A DNA stretch of 64,000 bases from Octopus sinensis (taxonomy: Eukaryota), in the NCBI RefSeq assembly GCF_006345805.1, contig NC_042999.1, positions 15,376,001 to 15,440,000 on the forward strand, in the 5' to 3' direction. Positions within the stretch are counted from its first letter, which is position 1. The number at the start of each line of letters is the position of its first letter. The position numbers were made by a program, and so were the translations under genes. Positions 1-11,841 of the stretch are shown piece after piece. The notes under the pieces were generated by a model. That model had not been told where the DNA came from, did no database searches, and saw only the letters and a program-made list of their open reading frames with translations.

Positions 1-956
1 AGGTGGTGAGCTGGTAGAAACATTAGCATGCTGGGCGAAATGCTTAACAGTATTTTGCCTGTTTGTTTTGAGTTCAAATTCCACCGAGGTCGACTTTGCT
101 TTCTATCCATTTCGGATCTATTCAATTTGATGTACAGATTATTTAATTAATTTTTTAAAAGTAAACACTTTGAAACTTCCGATACTGATACAATGTGTCA
201 CATACAACAGGGTTTACTCTTAACGTTTTTGACAAAATTTTGTAGTTTAGAAGTTATTTCGTCACAAGTTACAGAGCAACAATGGACAAATTAGTGTTTG
301 ATAAGAGCCAATATACAAAACTCTTACTTTTCACTTACTATTTAACTTCTACCAATGATATATATGCATATTATACATATATGTGTAAAAAGAAATCTCA
401 TCATACAATCAAACCAATGACAGAGCCTCTACCTGGTTGCTCGACATGCTAAAAATAGCAGCCAATGTATCCCCCTGCCCAGTATTTTATAAGGTCAAAT
501 CCTAACTTATCAATTGACACATTATTAATTATCTTATAACAGCAATGCCTGAAATAATCATGGATTACATGGAAAAATGTGAGCATGAACAGTCATCTTC
601 TTAAGATTATAAACTTGAAAAAGTACAGTACAAGTTACTACACTTGTAAAAGTATAGGACAAGCTATTATTTCTAGTAAAGTAAAGAATAAGAAACTTTT
701 TCTTTAAAATATTGCAGCTAAAATTAGAATTTGAATATTAAAAAATATTTTATTATAGTTTACAAATAACACTATACTTGTGTAAGTAGAATTTGGCTAA
801 TTTACTACCTTAAATGCAGAAAAAAGTGACTAATTAGCCAAACGTAAAAATTAGCTGAACAGTTTTGTACAATAAATTTAAAAGATGAGAACTGTAAAGA
901 GTGATAAATTAGAAGAACTGGCATTCTTTACAGCAATATTTTAAGTAAAAAGTTTT

Positions 957-1748
957 GGATCTTTTCAGTTTGAACAGCAGTTTTTAACATAATTTGTAGG
1001 TAACTAAAACATTTTAAACTTCGTATACTGGTAGAATGTGTTTATAAAACATCATTTTCTCTTGGCTTTCTTGAGAAAATTCTGTAGTTTGTAACATATT
1101 TCGTCTTTAATTTCTTGCATTTCGGCAATTTTAACCAATCAATGACCGTCTATCATTTAATTATTAATATTATTATTAAATTTAAGTAAATTCTGTGCTG
1201 TATGAATATGTCCCCCATTTAAGAAACAGATTGGGTTTATTCCCCCACCCCTAACTAACCCTAAATCTAAAATAGATTTAAATGCAATAGATCGATACTA
1301 GGGTCATAATTATGGGTGACAATTTCATATGACACCGCTAGAAAAAATGGCAGTTTTTTCTAGCGGTGTCATATGAAATTGTCACCCATAATTATGACCC
1401 TAGAATCGATCTATTGCATTTCAATCTATTTTAGATTTAGGGTTAGTTAGGGGTGGGGGAAGGGTGTCTTTTTTCTTCACAAATGTAAATAAACCCAATC
1501 TGTTTCTTAAACGAGGGACATATTCATATGGCACAGAATGTTATTTACCTCAATGGACACCAGTGATTGGTTAAAATTGCCGAAATGCAAGAAATTAAAG
1601 ACAAAATATGTTACAAACTACAGAATTTTCTCAAGAAAGCCAAGAGAAAATGATGTATTATAAACACATTCTACCAGTATACGAAGTTTAAAATTTTTTA
1701 GTTACCTACGAATTATGTTAAAAACTGCTGTTCAAACCGAAGGGATCC
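957..1748. mobile_element. Head-to-head inverted duplication of a GGATC-ended MITE (about 790-bp palindrome)
   Basis: 957-1347 is the reverse complement of about 1354-1748, with a spacer of at most 6 nt. A monomeric copy of the same element lies at 16025-16446. Confidence 0.85.
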
Positions 1749-2377
1749 AAAGTTTCTTATTCTTTACTTTACTTGAAGTTAATAGTTTGTCCTATACTTT
1801 TACAGGTGTAATAACTTCTCCTGTACTTTTGCAGGTTTATAATCTTAAGAATATTACTTTCCATGCTCACATTTTTCCTTGTAATATACATTAGTCCGAG
1901 TATTCCATATATAAGGGTATTACTATGCTATTGATGTGTATGGGGTATTAGTATATACATTATTGTATGTGCAGGTATCTGACTGTTTTTGTTTGTAATT
2001 GTCCGTATATAATATATAAAAAAAAATACAAAATGGGACAAGAACGCAAAACATCCGGACAGTTAGGGGATACAATAATGGGACAACAAAACATCCAGGT
2101 AGACGATACAAAGAAAACAAGGACGAGTCATTCGAAGTTTTCTTTCCTCAGTCGAGTACCAGATTATCTTTGCAATTTCGGCTGATTATACTCGAGATTG
2201 CTCCAATCTGGCTGGCCCTTAGGAAAAACTAGGCCAAGAGCATTAGATTTCTTGGAAGAAAGCAGCGAATGTATACAAAAACAAGGACGGAAAAAAACGG
2301 ACAATGTTACACTAATACAATAAAAATAATAACAGGGCATAACAACAGGTGTCTTTCGACTAAGGATGAATATATTT

Positions 2378-2740
2378 TTTCTTTTTTATTTGTTTCCAGT
2401 CATCTTGACTGTAGTCATGCTGGAGCACTGCCTTAAGTTGAACAAATTGACCCTAGGACTTATTCTTTGTAAGCCCAGAACTTAGTTGAACCGCTAAGTT
2501 ACAGGGATGTAAACACAACAACATCGGTTGTAAAGCAATGGGGTGGGGGACAAACACACACACACACATATATATATACGACAGGCTTCTTTCAGTTTCC
2601 GTCTGCCAAATCTACTCACAAGGCTTTGGTTGGCCTGAGGCTATAGGAGAAACACTTGCCCAAGGTGCCACACAGTGGGACTGAACTCGGAACCATGTAG
2701 TTGGTAAGCAAGCAACTTACCACACAGCCAACCCTGTGCA
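2378..2740 (-). mobile_element. tRNA-derived CORE-like SINE (family B) with internal (CA)/(TA) linker
   Basis: On the element strand: GGCTGTGTGGTAAG head, GGTTC-type B box, GCACCTTGGGCAAG CORE-like motif and the shared 3' tail. More than 10 copies in the window. Confidence 0.75.
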
Positions 2741-3479
2741 TACGTAGGTATTTATCAATGAATGTTTGTTTCCATATACATAAATCATTTATATATGCAT
2801 ATATGTTTGTACCGGTATGAACACACATAAACTTTTACATAAGAAGCTATGTATGACAATTTTTGCATCTACATATCTATTTACATATTTATTTTTTTAC
2901 TATTATAGTAAATATGACTATTTTTTTCCCTGTCAGCTCCCCTACACTACTCATAATTCTGACTTTATTTTCTATTTTTCCCATCGATTATACACAACTC
3001 TTTTCAATATTATTAAATATAACTTTTCTATACCATTCCATAGAAGATTATATATGTTTTAGCAGCAGATAATATAAGTAATCTCCCACCCCAATATTGT
3101 TACTTTTTATTTTCTGATTTTAATTTTTTTTATTCTTATTTTATTAAATGTCTTTTAGTATCTACCTCTTAAAATATCCTACAAGTTTAACTACATTCTG
3201 TAATATTAAACTTATTTTTTATATAAAACATCATATCAATAAATTTTATATACCTCAAAACAATAATGATTACTATTAAACACTTTTTCTAATTAATTAC
3301 TTAGCCGTATTGATTACTAACAGTTAAATATAAATCTTAGTCCCTAGTATTTCAAAATTCCAGATTTCTTTATTTCGGTAATCCTTTTCCATTAATATTC
3401 AGCCCCACAAGGTTTTTACTTCATGTATGGGAGTTTTAAATTAGCTCCTTTCTACTAATCTATAGAGAGAATGTTGGCA

Positions 3480-3640
3480 CATTTTGAGTGTGGCTGTTGC
3501 CAGTACCACCTGACTGGCCCTCGTGCCAGTGGCACATAAAAGCACCCACTACACTCTCGGAGGGGTTGGTGTTAGGAAGGGCATCCAGCTGTAGAAACTC
3601 TGCCAGATCAGATTGGAGTCAGGTGCAGTGATCTGGTGCG
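3480..3640 (+). mobile_element. RTE LINE 3'-end fragment
   Basis: GGTTGGTGTTAGGAAGGGCATCCAGCTGTAGAAAC motif identical in kind to the 3' UTR of the LINE at 4268-5587. Confidence 0.65.
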
Positions 3641-4124
3641 TGTGTTGGTATATGTATGCACCTCTGTCTCCTTGTGTGTGCATGCGTGTGTGTGTGTGTG
3701 TGTGTGTGTTTTATGCAACTATGTACCATGTTTGTATGGATGGATGGATGTGCATCTCTATATGTGTGTGGATCCGTGTCTCCATATGTGTCCTTGTGTG
3801 GAGTAAAGTGTGTGTGTGTATATTGTCATGTGTTTCAGTCTCCATTTGCGTATGTGTGCTGGTCTGTTCTTATAACCTATGTACCTATCTGTCTGCATGT
3901 TGATTTGTTTATTTTCATATCCATATGCTTACATACAAAAAAAAAATAAAATAAAATAAAATACATGTGCATACACCCCCACACACACACATCTACCTAC
4001 CATTATTACTGATCACTGCTATCATGTTTGTATTCATTTTGTGACAATTCTGTGGCACAAGTATTTTTGACTTCTATTTTTAGCGATGCAGGTGATAAAG
4101 TGTAGTATCCTTGTATGTGTGGTA

Positions 4125-4155
<31 letters not shown>

Positions 4156-4267
4156 TTGTTATTATTAATTTAGCCTGTACAGCTGGTATAAGTTGCCAAT
4201 AGCGATGGTATTTTGATAGTACTATCACTTTCATATTTAATTATATATATATATATATATATATAAA

Positions 4268-5587
4268 TGTGGAAGCAAGGATTAGAATTGAAGGGCCTTA
4301 GAGTCAACCTAGTTAAAACCAAAGTCTTAATAAGTAGGGAGGCAGACAAACCACAAATCCCTTCAGGTAGATGGTCCTGCTCGATTGGTAGAAGAAGGCG
4401 AAGATAGAAACTCCATAAGATGTACCCAGTGTAAGCTATAGACACATAAGCGGTGCAGCAATATCAAAGGAAGGCTAACTGGGAAGATAGTTTTTATATG
4501 CAGCAAATGCTCAGAAGCAATAAACACTACAAATGTGCACAGAACAGCTTCTGTCACATTTCAGGGTGAAAAACTAAAGTAGTTGATAGCTTCTGTTACC
4601 TAGGTGACCAAGTCAGTAGCGGGGGTGGATGCTCTGAAAGTGTAGCTGCTAGAATAAGAATAGCCTGGGCAAAGTTCAGAGAGCTCCTACCTCTGCTGGT
4701 GACAAAAGGTCTCTCACTCAGAATAAAAGGTAGACTGTATAACGCATGTGTACAAACAGCCATGCTACATGGCAATGAAACATGGGCTGTGACTGCTGAG
4801 GACATGTGTAAGTTTGCAAGGAATGAAGCCTGTATGCTTCACTGGATGTGTAATGTCTGTGCATACATGACAGAGTGCAAGTGCCCTGAGAGAAAAGCTG
4901 GACTTAAGAAGCATCAGATGTGGTGTGCAAGAGAGATGACTGCACTGGTATGGTCATGTGTTGCAAATGGATGAGGACAGCTGTGTGAAAAAGTGTCACA
5001 CCCTAGCAGTTGAGGGAACCTGTAGAAGAGGTAGACCCATGAAGACTTGGGATGAAGTGGTGAAGCACAACCTTTGAACATTGGGCCTCACTCAATGACT
5101 AGCAACAGAGACCTTTGGAGATATGCTGTGCTTGAGAAGACCCAGCAAGCCAAGTGAGACCATAACCCATGGCCTATGCCAGTGGTGTATAACCAGCCCA
5201 CTTATGAGTATCCCTCACTCATTGGACAATAAACTTTGCTTGTGAGGACCTGTTGAGGTAAGTGATATCAAAATCGCTGATTATGGCTGATGACAGTACT
5301 GTGTGATCGTTGCCAGCGTTACCTTACTGGCACATGTACCGGTGGCATGTGAAAAACAACATTCGAGTGTGGTCGTTGTCAGTGCTGCCAGACTGGCTCC
5401 TGTGCTGGTGGCATGTAAAAGCACACACTACACTCTCGGAGTGGTTGGCATTAGGAAGGGCATCCAGCTGTAGAAACTTTGCCAGATCAGATTGGAGCCT
5501 GGTGCAGCAATCTGGCTCACCAGTCCTCAAACCGTCCAACCCATGCCAACATGGAAAGTGGATGTTAAACAACGATGATGATGATAC
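4268..5587 (+). mobile_element. 5'-truncated, degenerate RTE-clade LINE (C-terminal ORF part, 3' UTR and (GAT)n tail)
   Basis: Frame-broken translations KGLRVNLVKTKVL, DSFCYLGDQVSSGGGCSESVAARIRIAWAKFRELLPLL, KGRLYNACVQTAMLHGNETW, LHWYGHVLQM, RGRPMKTWDEVV. Ends in GATGATGATG. Confidence 0.9.
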
Positions 5588-5934
5588 ATAGATTATACAA
5601 GGTTGAGGAAAACATTCATGTACCGTGTTAAGCATTATTTTAACATGGCATTATTTTAAAAGTAATACTGTGTTAAAATAATGCTTAACACGGCACACAA
5701 ACTTTTTCCTCAACCTAATATTATAGATTTGTATACATATATGCCAGCATGTATGTATACATACATACATGCTTTGTATCAGTGTATTTTCTCTGAAGGC
5801 AAAGGAATATTGTGAGAGAGAAAATTCCTCTTGGATATGAACTTTCTCATCAGCAAGAGAAAGATTCATAAATAAAAATCATTCTCCAGTTGCTTAATTA
5901 TCCAATTATTTGTTAAGTATTTTTGATTTTTAGT

Positions 5935-6289
5935 ACGTTTAAATATTTGTTGTGCAAGATTTTTTATGTGATGTCGTGTGTTGAAACAGATATTGTTATA
6001 TTTCGGAATGGTCATTTTGCCAGTTTAGCCAATAAAAACACACGCACTATATATTTGGTGTTACTTTGCTTCAGTGTTATTTATTTTTAACATTAATCTT
6101 AATCTTATTTCGGCCAGAGTTCTTTCGTCACACTCCTGTGACCGCATCAGTGGTCCTTTGTTTGGCCGAAATAAGATCAAGATTAATGTAAAAAATAAAT
6201 AACACTGAAGCAAAATAACACCAAATATATAGTGCATGTGTTTTTATTGGCTAAACTGGCAAAATGACCATTCCAAAATATAACAATAT
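5935..6289 (-). mobile_element. Penelope-like terminal (pseudo-LTR) hairpin element
   Basis: Inverted arms of about 125 bp (about 5990-6115 vs 6163-6289) around a loop with a hammerhead-like core. A second copy lies at 29433-29748. The Penelope assignment is inferred from the inverted-terminus plus minimal-hammerhead architecture. Confidence 0.6.
6112..6156 (-). ncRNA. Minimal type-I hammerhead ribozyme-like motif (A9C variant)
   Basis: Minus strand reads GGACCA-CUGAUGC-G-GUCACA(GGAG)UGUGAC-GAAA-GAAC-UC/UGGCC: stem I with one bulged A, 6-bp stem II, GAAA, minimal stem III and a CUC cleavage triplet. Activity is unknown. Confidence 0.55.
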
Positions 6290-6299
6290 TTTTGTTATG

Positions 6300-6900
6300 G
6301 ATTAAACTGAGGAAAATGGGCAACACCTGTGACCATATTGAAGGTTTTCTGAGGCTTGGGAGTGTAAGGAGTAAAGTTATCTCCAGTCCCCAAGCCTGGT
6401 CAGATTGCCTGTAATAGAGTGAACATGGCTATTATAGGCACCAAAGGGTCAGGTGATGGTAATGTTAAAGAGGGTAATGGATTAAGTCAACCACCTAATT
6501 AGTCTGAGAATGAAAGCAACACCTATAACCTACTTATCTTCCTGACATAGGAATTAAATAACCAGATGTTTGTACAATTGATACTGAGTGTAACTTAGTG
6601 TAGGTTTTTAGCTGAAGGCAAATTATAGGCAATGCGGGACTCTGAAAGGTTGTTTTAACGAGAGAGATGAAACAAAGTATTTAATAACGGCTCTGGAAGA
6701 TGAGACAGTAGAAGGAGAGAAAGAAAGAGAAATGAAAGCATCAAATTGGTTTAGGTGACATGACAGAGAGTTATAAAGATCAAAAGAATAGAGACCATTG
6801 TAGTAGTGGAAGAATATTTAAAGAAAGGAAGCAACTTATAGGTGAATAGGATTTTAGAGCGGGTTCATGATCTGTGAGTTTGTCTATGAAATGGATGCTT
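6300..6900 (-). repeat. Old interspersed repeat, possibly a LINE relic; homologous to 17640-18060 in the opposite orientation
   Basis: Shared blocks ACTACAATGGTCTCTA and GTCATGTCACCTAAAC(C/G)AATTTGATG. No intact ORF. Confidence 0.45.
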
Positions 6901-8020
6901 CATTGTATTACTATATTGTATTTGTTATTAGGTATAAGGTTTCAAATCTAAAAGGATGGGTGTGTTGTGATGTTCATATTTTCCCATTATTATTGGCAAC
7001 ATAATCAAAATGTAATTGTGACAACTATGTCGTATGTCTAATGAGTTTATCAAGAAAATAATTTCCTAAATTTAAAACTGATTTTCCAAGGAAAAAAGTT
7101 CGTCTTAACCAAATTTTTAGTTAATATAGGTAAAAGAAACTAGCTCCAACTCGTCTTCCATCATTGAATTGGCTCACTAAGAACTTACCATTTAATATGT
7201 ATCAATATTGGTACCTCTTATAGACTCAAAGAAACTGAAATTAAATTGCTTGACTTTCCATATGGGTAGATATGAAATATAAACATTAAATGAAGCATAT
7301 ATTTCATAGTTTATAATCTCATAAAACTGAACAAAAATTTTGTACATTTTTAGTTTCAAAAATGTATATATTTTTTTACTTGATGGATATTTTCATAAAA
7401 ATAAAAATAGTAAAATTGGCAAAAGTAGTTAAACTGATTCCTAGTTCTTTCCAGACTCTTGCTTTAAAACGTTTGTTGAGAGATACACACAATTAATTTC
7501 TGGCATTTTCTTGATGGTTGAATATTATTGAATCTATTCGCTAGATGTTTTTTCATGCAGTAAAATATAATTTCATTTTTTTTTTCTCTCCACAAAATTA
7601 TTACTAAAATGTTAAAAACTAATAAAATAACAATAAAACAATCTTCTTAGATAATCTGTTGAATGAAATATTGAGAGAGAGGGAGAGAGATAAACTGATA
7701 AAAATGTTATTTGAGAGATGAGGAAGAAATAGAAAACTACAAAGTGTAATTAGATATTTGACACACTGATTTAATAAATACACACCGTGATGGTTAGTGT
7801 TTTAACTTGAGATTCATTGTATGGATATTTAAAGAGTTTAACATTTACTTGAACAGCAAAAAACGTCTGCTAAATTCTTGCTGTAATCAGCTTAGTTTGA
7901 ATACAAATAGTCACTGAATAAAAGAAATTTCAAGAATTTGAACTGAATGGCGACTGCTTAAAATATATATAAATGATGTCAGTAAAAATGCGATACAGAA
8001 GGTTGCTGCTAATCACTCAC

Positions 8021-8141
8021 CATGTAACATAAATTCCATTATTGTGTAGATAGGCTCCCCTTGGGTGCATACTCCAAGTAACTGGACAATATTAGGATGG
8101 TTGAATCTTTTCATCATTTCTGCTTCACTCAAGAAATCAAG
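8021..8141 (-). CDS. VKR: VKR exon: kinase subdomains III-V ([41 protein letters not shown])
   Basis: Not in the ORF track; read manually. TTTTTGCCTCCAAAG acceptor, ATG|GTGAGT donor, 121 nt (phase 0 to 1). FLSEA-x-x-MK, HPNIV-x-LLGVC and MEFM motifs; continues the previous exon in frame. Confidence 0.95.
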
Positions 8142-9298
8142 CTTTGGAGGCAAAAATAAATTTTGTAAAACAAGATTAATCAATATATGATTTCCAATAT
8201 AGTGAAGGAATGTATGAAGAGAAGGTTAGAAATCAATCTTTATACGCAGAATGGTATGAGTAAGGAATTCAATAAAATATAAAAATTTGATTGAAGGGTT
8301 GACAACATCAACAAGAACAACAACAACCACCAAGTCATTTGTAGGTGACTGTTTAACATCATTTTAAATAATGTCCTAGGAAAAAGAAAACAAAAAGGTT
8401 TTAAATTTTTAAATTTCATATTCAGATTTCCATGCTAGCATTAGTTGGGTAATACAGAAATCATAAATTTCTAATACAAGCTTAAAAGAAAATAATGGAC
8501 ACGATTCTTAATGCTGATCTCAAACTATAACACAGATTGAATCTGTAATAGTTTATTATTCACTTGAATAATTATTTTAATGTTTTGTAAATCAGTTTTT
8601 GCAAGAGAAGATTGGCATCGTAAAATTGATCAAAATAAACCAAGAGAATTAATAGCAATGTGTAGTATTATGGTTGGCTGTGTATGTGGGTGTGCTGGTG
8701 AAATAGGAGTAGCATACAGTAACTGAAAAGTCTTAACACAAAAATCAAGATGGAGTAGAGTAGAAAAGAGTAAAAAAAAAAAATGGAATAAAAATAATTC
8801 TTTTTTGAATTTTAATTAATTGAAATTAGGGTAAACTATCTACACAGGAAAGCAATTAGGAGATACTTTAAAACAGAAACTGCAATTATGTAACTAGGCT
8901 GTTATCTGAAATTAAATTACTTCCTTTGATATATATTTTGTCAATGATTTCTCAATGTACAGAGGTGTGGTGATTGAGGGGTGGGCTGAATATTAAGACT
9001 CTACACAACGGAGAAATTTATGATTTCACATCTTGCAATGAGACTTGGAGAAAGGAAAAGCACATAATTTGAACATTTCTGAATAAAAAATAAAAAGGTG
9101 AAAAAAACCCCAAAAAACTATCAGTTTATCAATTAGCTGTTGCTACTAAAGATCTTTTACAAGAGGAAAACTTTACTATTAATTCATACGAATATCTTGG
9201 TATCTAACATGTTTGTCATGAATAAACTTCTGAGAAATATACTGTCTATGACATCCAGTAAAAGCCTAAACACATGAAATAATAAGCATTCTGATACG

Positions 9299-11737
9299 TA
9301 TTTCTTTATTACCCACAAGGGGCTAAACACAGAGGGGACAAACAAGGACAGGCAAAGAAATTAAGTTGATTACATCGACCCCAGTGCGTAACTGGTACTT
9401 TATTTATCGACCCTGAAAGGATGAAAGGCAAAGTTTACCTCGGCGGAATTTGAGCTCAGAATGTAGTGGCAGACGATATATCTATTTCTTTATTGCCCAC
9501 AAGGGGCTAAACACAGAGGGGACAAACAAGGACAGGCAAAGAAATTAAGTTGATTACATCGACCCCAGTGCGTAACTGGTACTTTATTTATCGACCCTGA
9601 AAGGATGAAAGGCAAAGTTTACCTCGGCGGAATTTGAGCTCAGAATGTAGTGGCAGACGATATATCTATTTCTTTATTGCCCACAAGGGGCTAAACACAG
9701 AGGGGACAAACAAGGACAGGCAAAGAAATTAAGTTGATTAATCGACCCCAGTGCGTAACTGGTACTTTATTTATCGACCCTGAAAGGATGAAAGGCAAAG
9801 TTTACCTCGGCGGAATTTGAGCTCAGAATGTAGTGGCAGACGATATATCTATTTCTTTATTGCCCACAAGGGGCTAAACACAGAGGGGACAAACAAGGAC
9901 AGGCAAAGAAATTAAGTTGATTACATCGACCCCAGTGCGTAACTGGTACTTTATGTATCGACCCTGAAAGGATGAAAGGCAAAGTTTACCTCGGCGGAAT
10001 TTGAGCTCAGAATGTAGTGGCAGACGATATATCTATTTCTTTATTACCCACAAGGGGCTAAACACAGAGGGGACAAACAAGGACAGGCAAAGAAATTAAG
10101 TTGATTACATCGACCCCAGTGCGTAACTGGTACTTTATTTATCGACCCTGAAAGGATGAAAGGCAAAGTTTACCTCGGCGGAATTTGAGCTCAGAATGTA
10201 GTGGCAGACGATATATCTATTTCTTTATTGCCCACAAGGGGCTAAACACAGAGGGGACAAACAAGGACAGGCAAAGAAATTAAGTTGATTACATCGACCC
10301 CAGTGCGTAACTGGTACTTTATTTATCGACCCTGAAAGGATGAAAGGCAAAGTTTACCTCGGCGGAATTTGAGCTCAGATGTAGTGGCAGACGATATATC
10401 TATTTCTTTATTGCCCACAAGGGGCTAAACACAGAGGGGACAAACAAGGACAGGCAAAGAAATTAAGTTGATTACATCGACCCCAGTGCGTAACTGGTAC
10501 TTTATTTATCGACCCTGAAAGGATGAAAGGCAAAGTTTACCTCGGCGGAATTTGAGCTCAGAATGTAGTGGCACGATATATCTATTTCTTTATTGCCCAC
10601 AAGGGGCTAAACACAGAGGGGACAAACAAGGACAGGCAAAGAAATTAAGTTGATTACAACGACCCCAGTGCGTAACTGGTACTTTATTTATCGACCCTGA
10701 AAGGATGAAAGGCAAAGTTTACCTCGGCGGAATTTGAGCTCAGAATGTAGTGGCAGACGATATATCTATTTCTTTATTGCCCACAAGGGGCTAAACACAG
10801 AGGGGACAAACAAGGACAGGCAAAGAAATTAAGTTGATTACATCGACCCCAGTGCGTAACTGGTACTTTATTTATCGACCCTGAAAGGATGAAAGGCAAA
10901 GTTTACCTCGGCGGAATTTGAGCTCAGAATGTAGTGGCAGACGATTATATATCTATTTCTTTATTGCCCACAAGGGGCTAAACACAGAGGGGACAAACAA
11001 GGACAGGCAAAGAAATTAAGTTGATTACATCGACCCCAGTGCGTAACTGGTACTTTATTTATCGACCCTGAAAGGATGAAAGGCAAAGTTTACCTCGGCG
11101 GAATTTGAGCTCAGAATGTAGTGGCAGACGATATATCTATTTCTTTATTGCCCACAAGGGGCTAAACACAGAGGGGACAAACAAGGACAGGCAAAGAAAT
11201 TAAGTTGATTACATCGACCCCAGTGCGTAACTGGTACTTTATTTATCGACCCTGAAAGGATGAAAGGCAAAGTTTACCTCGGCGGAATTTGAGCTCAGAA
11301 TGTAGTGGCAGACGATATATCTATTTCTTTATTACCCACAAGGGGCTAAACACAGAGGGGACAAACAAGGACAGGCAAAGAAATTAATTGATTATCATCG
11401 ACCCCAGTGCGTAACTGGTACTTTATTTATCGACCCTGAAAGGATGAAAGGCAAAGTTTACCTCGGCGGAATTTGAGCTCAGAATGTAGTGGCAGACGAT
11501 ATATCTATTTCTTTATTACCCACAAGGGGCTAAACACAGAGAGGACAAACAAGGACAGGCAAATGGATTAAATCGATTACAGTGACCCCAGTGCGTAACT
11601 GGTACTTATTTAATCGACCTCGAAAGGATGAAAAGCAAAGTCGACCTCGGCGGAATTTGAACTCAAAACGTAACGACAGGCGAAATACCACTAAGCATTT
11701 GGCCCGATATGCTAACGATTCTGCCAGCTCAACACCT
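9299..11737 (-). repeat. SINE-derived tandem array: 12 near-identical units of about 184 bp plus one head-bearing full-length SINE (family A)
   Basis: Unit starts at 9299, 9483, 9667, 9850, 10034, 10218, 10401, 10583, 10767, 10954, 11138, 11322 and 11506. The last unit carries the tRNA-like head. Flanks TAATAAGCATTCTGATA (9280-9296) and TAATAAGAATTGTGATA (11738-11754) form a 15/17 target-site duplication. Confidence 0.95.
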
Positions 11738-11841
11738 TAATAAGAATTGTGATATAAATAACTACATCATACTATATATTGATGGATTTTCTTGTAAATG
11801 AGCACACTACCAGCTCTTCTTTTACATTAATTACTAAGACA

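Noticed and set aside
2121-2160. Minus-strand CUGAGGA-AAG-AAAA-CUUC-GAAU hammerhead-like string
   Set aside because: GAAA is broken (GAAU), stem II is out of register and no stem I forms.
1-8020. Search for the next kinase exon (GDLKxYL... HRDLA)
   Set aside because: No such coding segment was found by eye on the minus strand; it is presumed to lie beyond the window start.
9299-11737. CRISPR-like array or hammerhead retrozyme interpretation of the 184-bp tandem repeat
   Set aside because: There are no unique spacers and the context is eukaryotic. I found no CUGANGA/GAAA hammerhead core on either strand of the unit, which is clearly SINE-derived.
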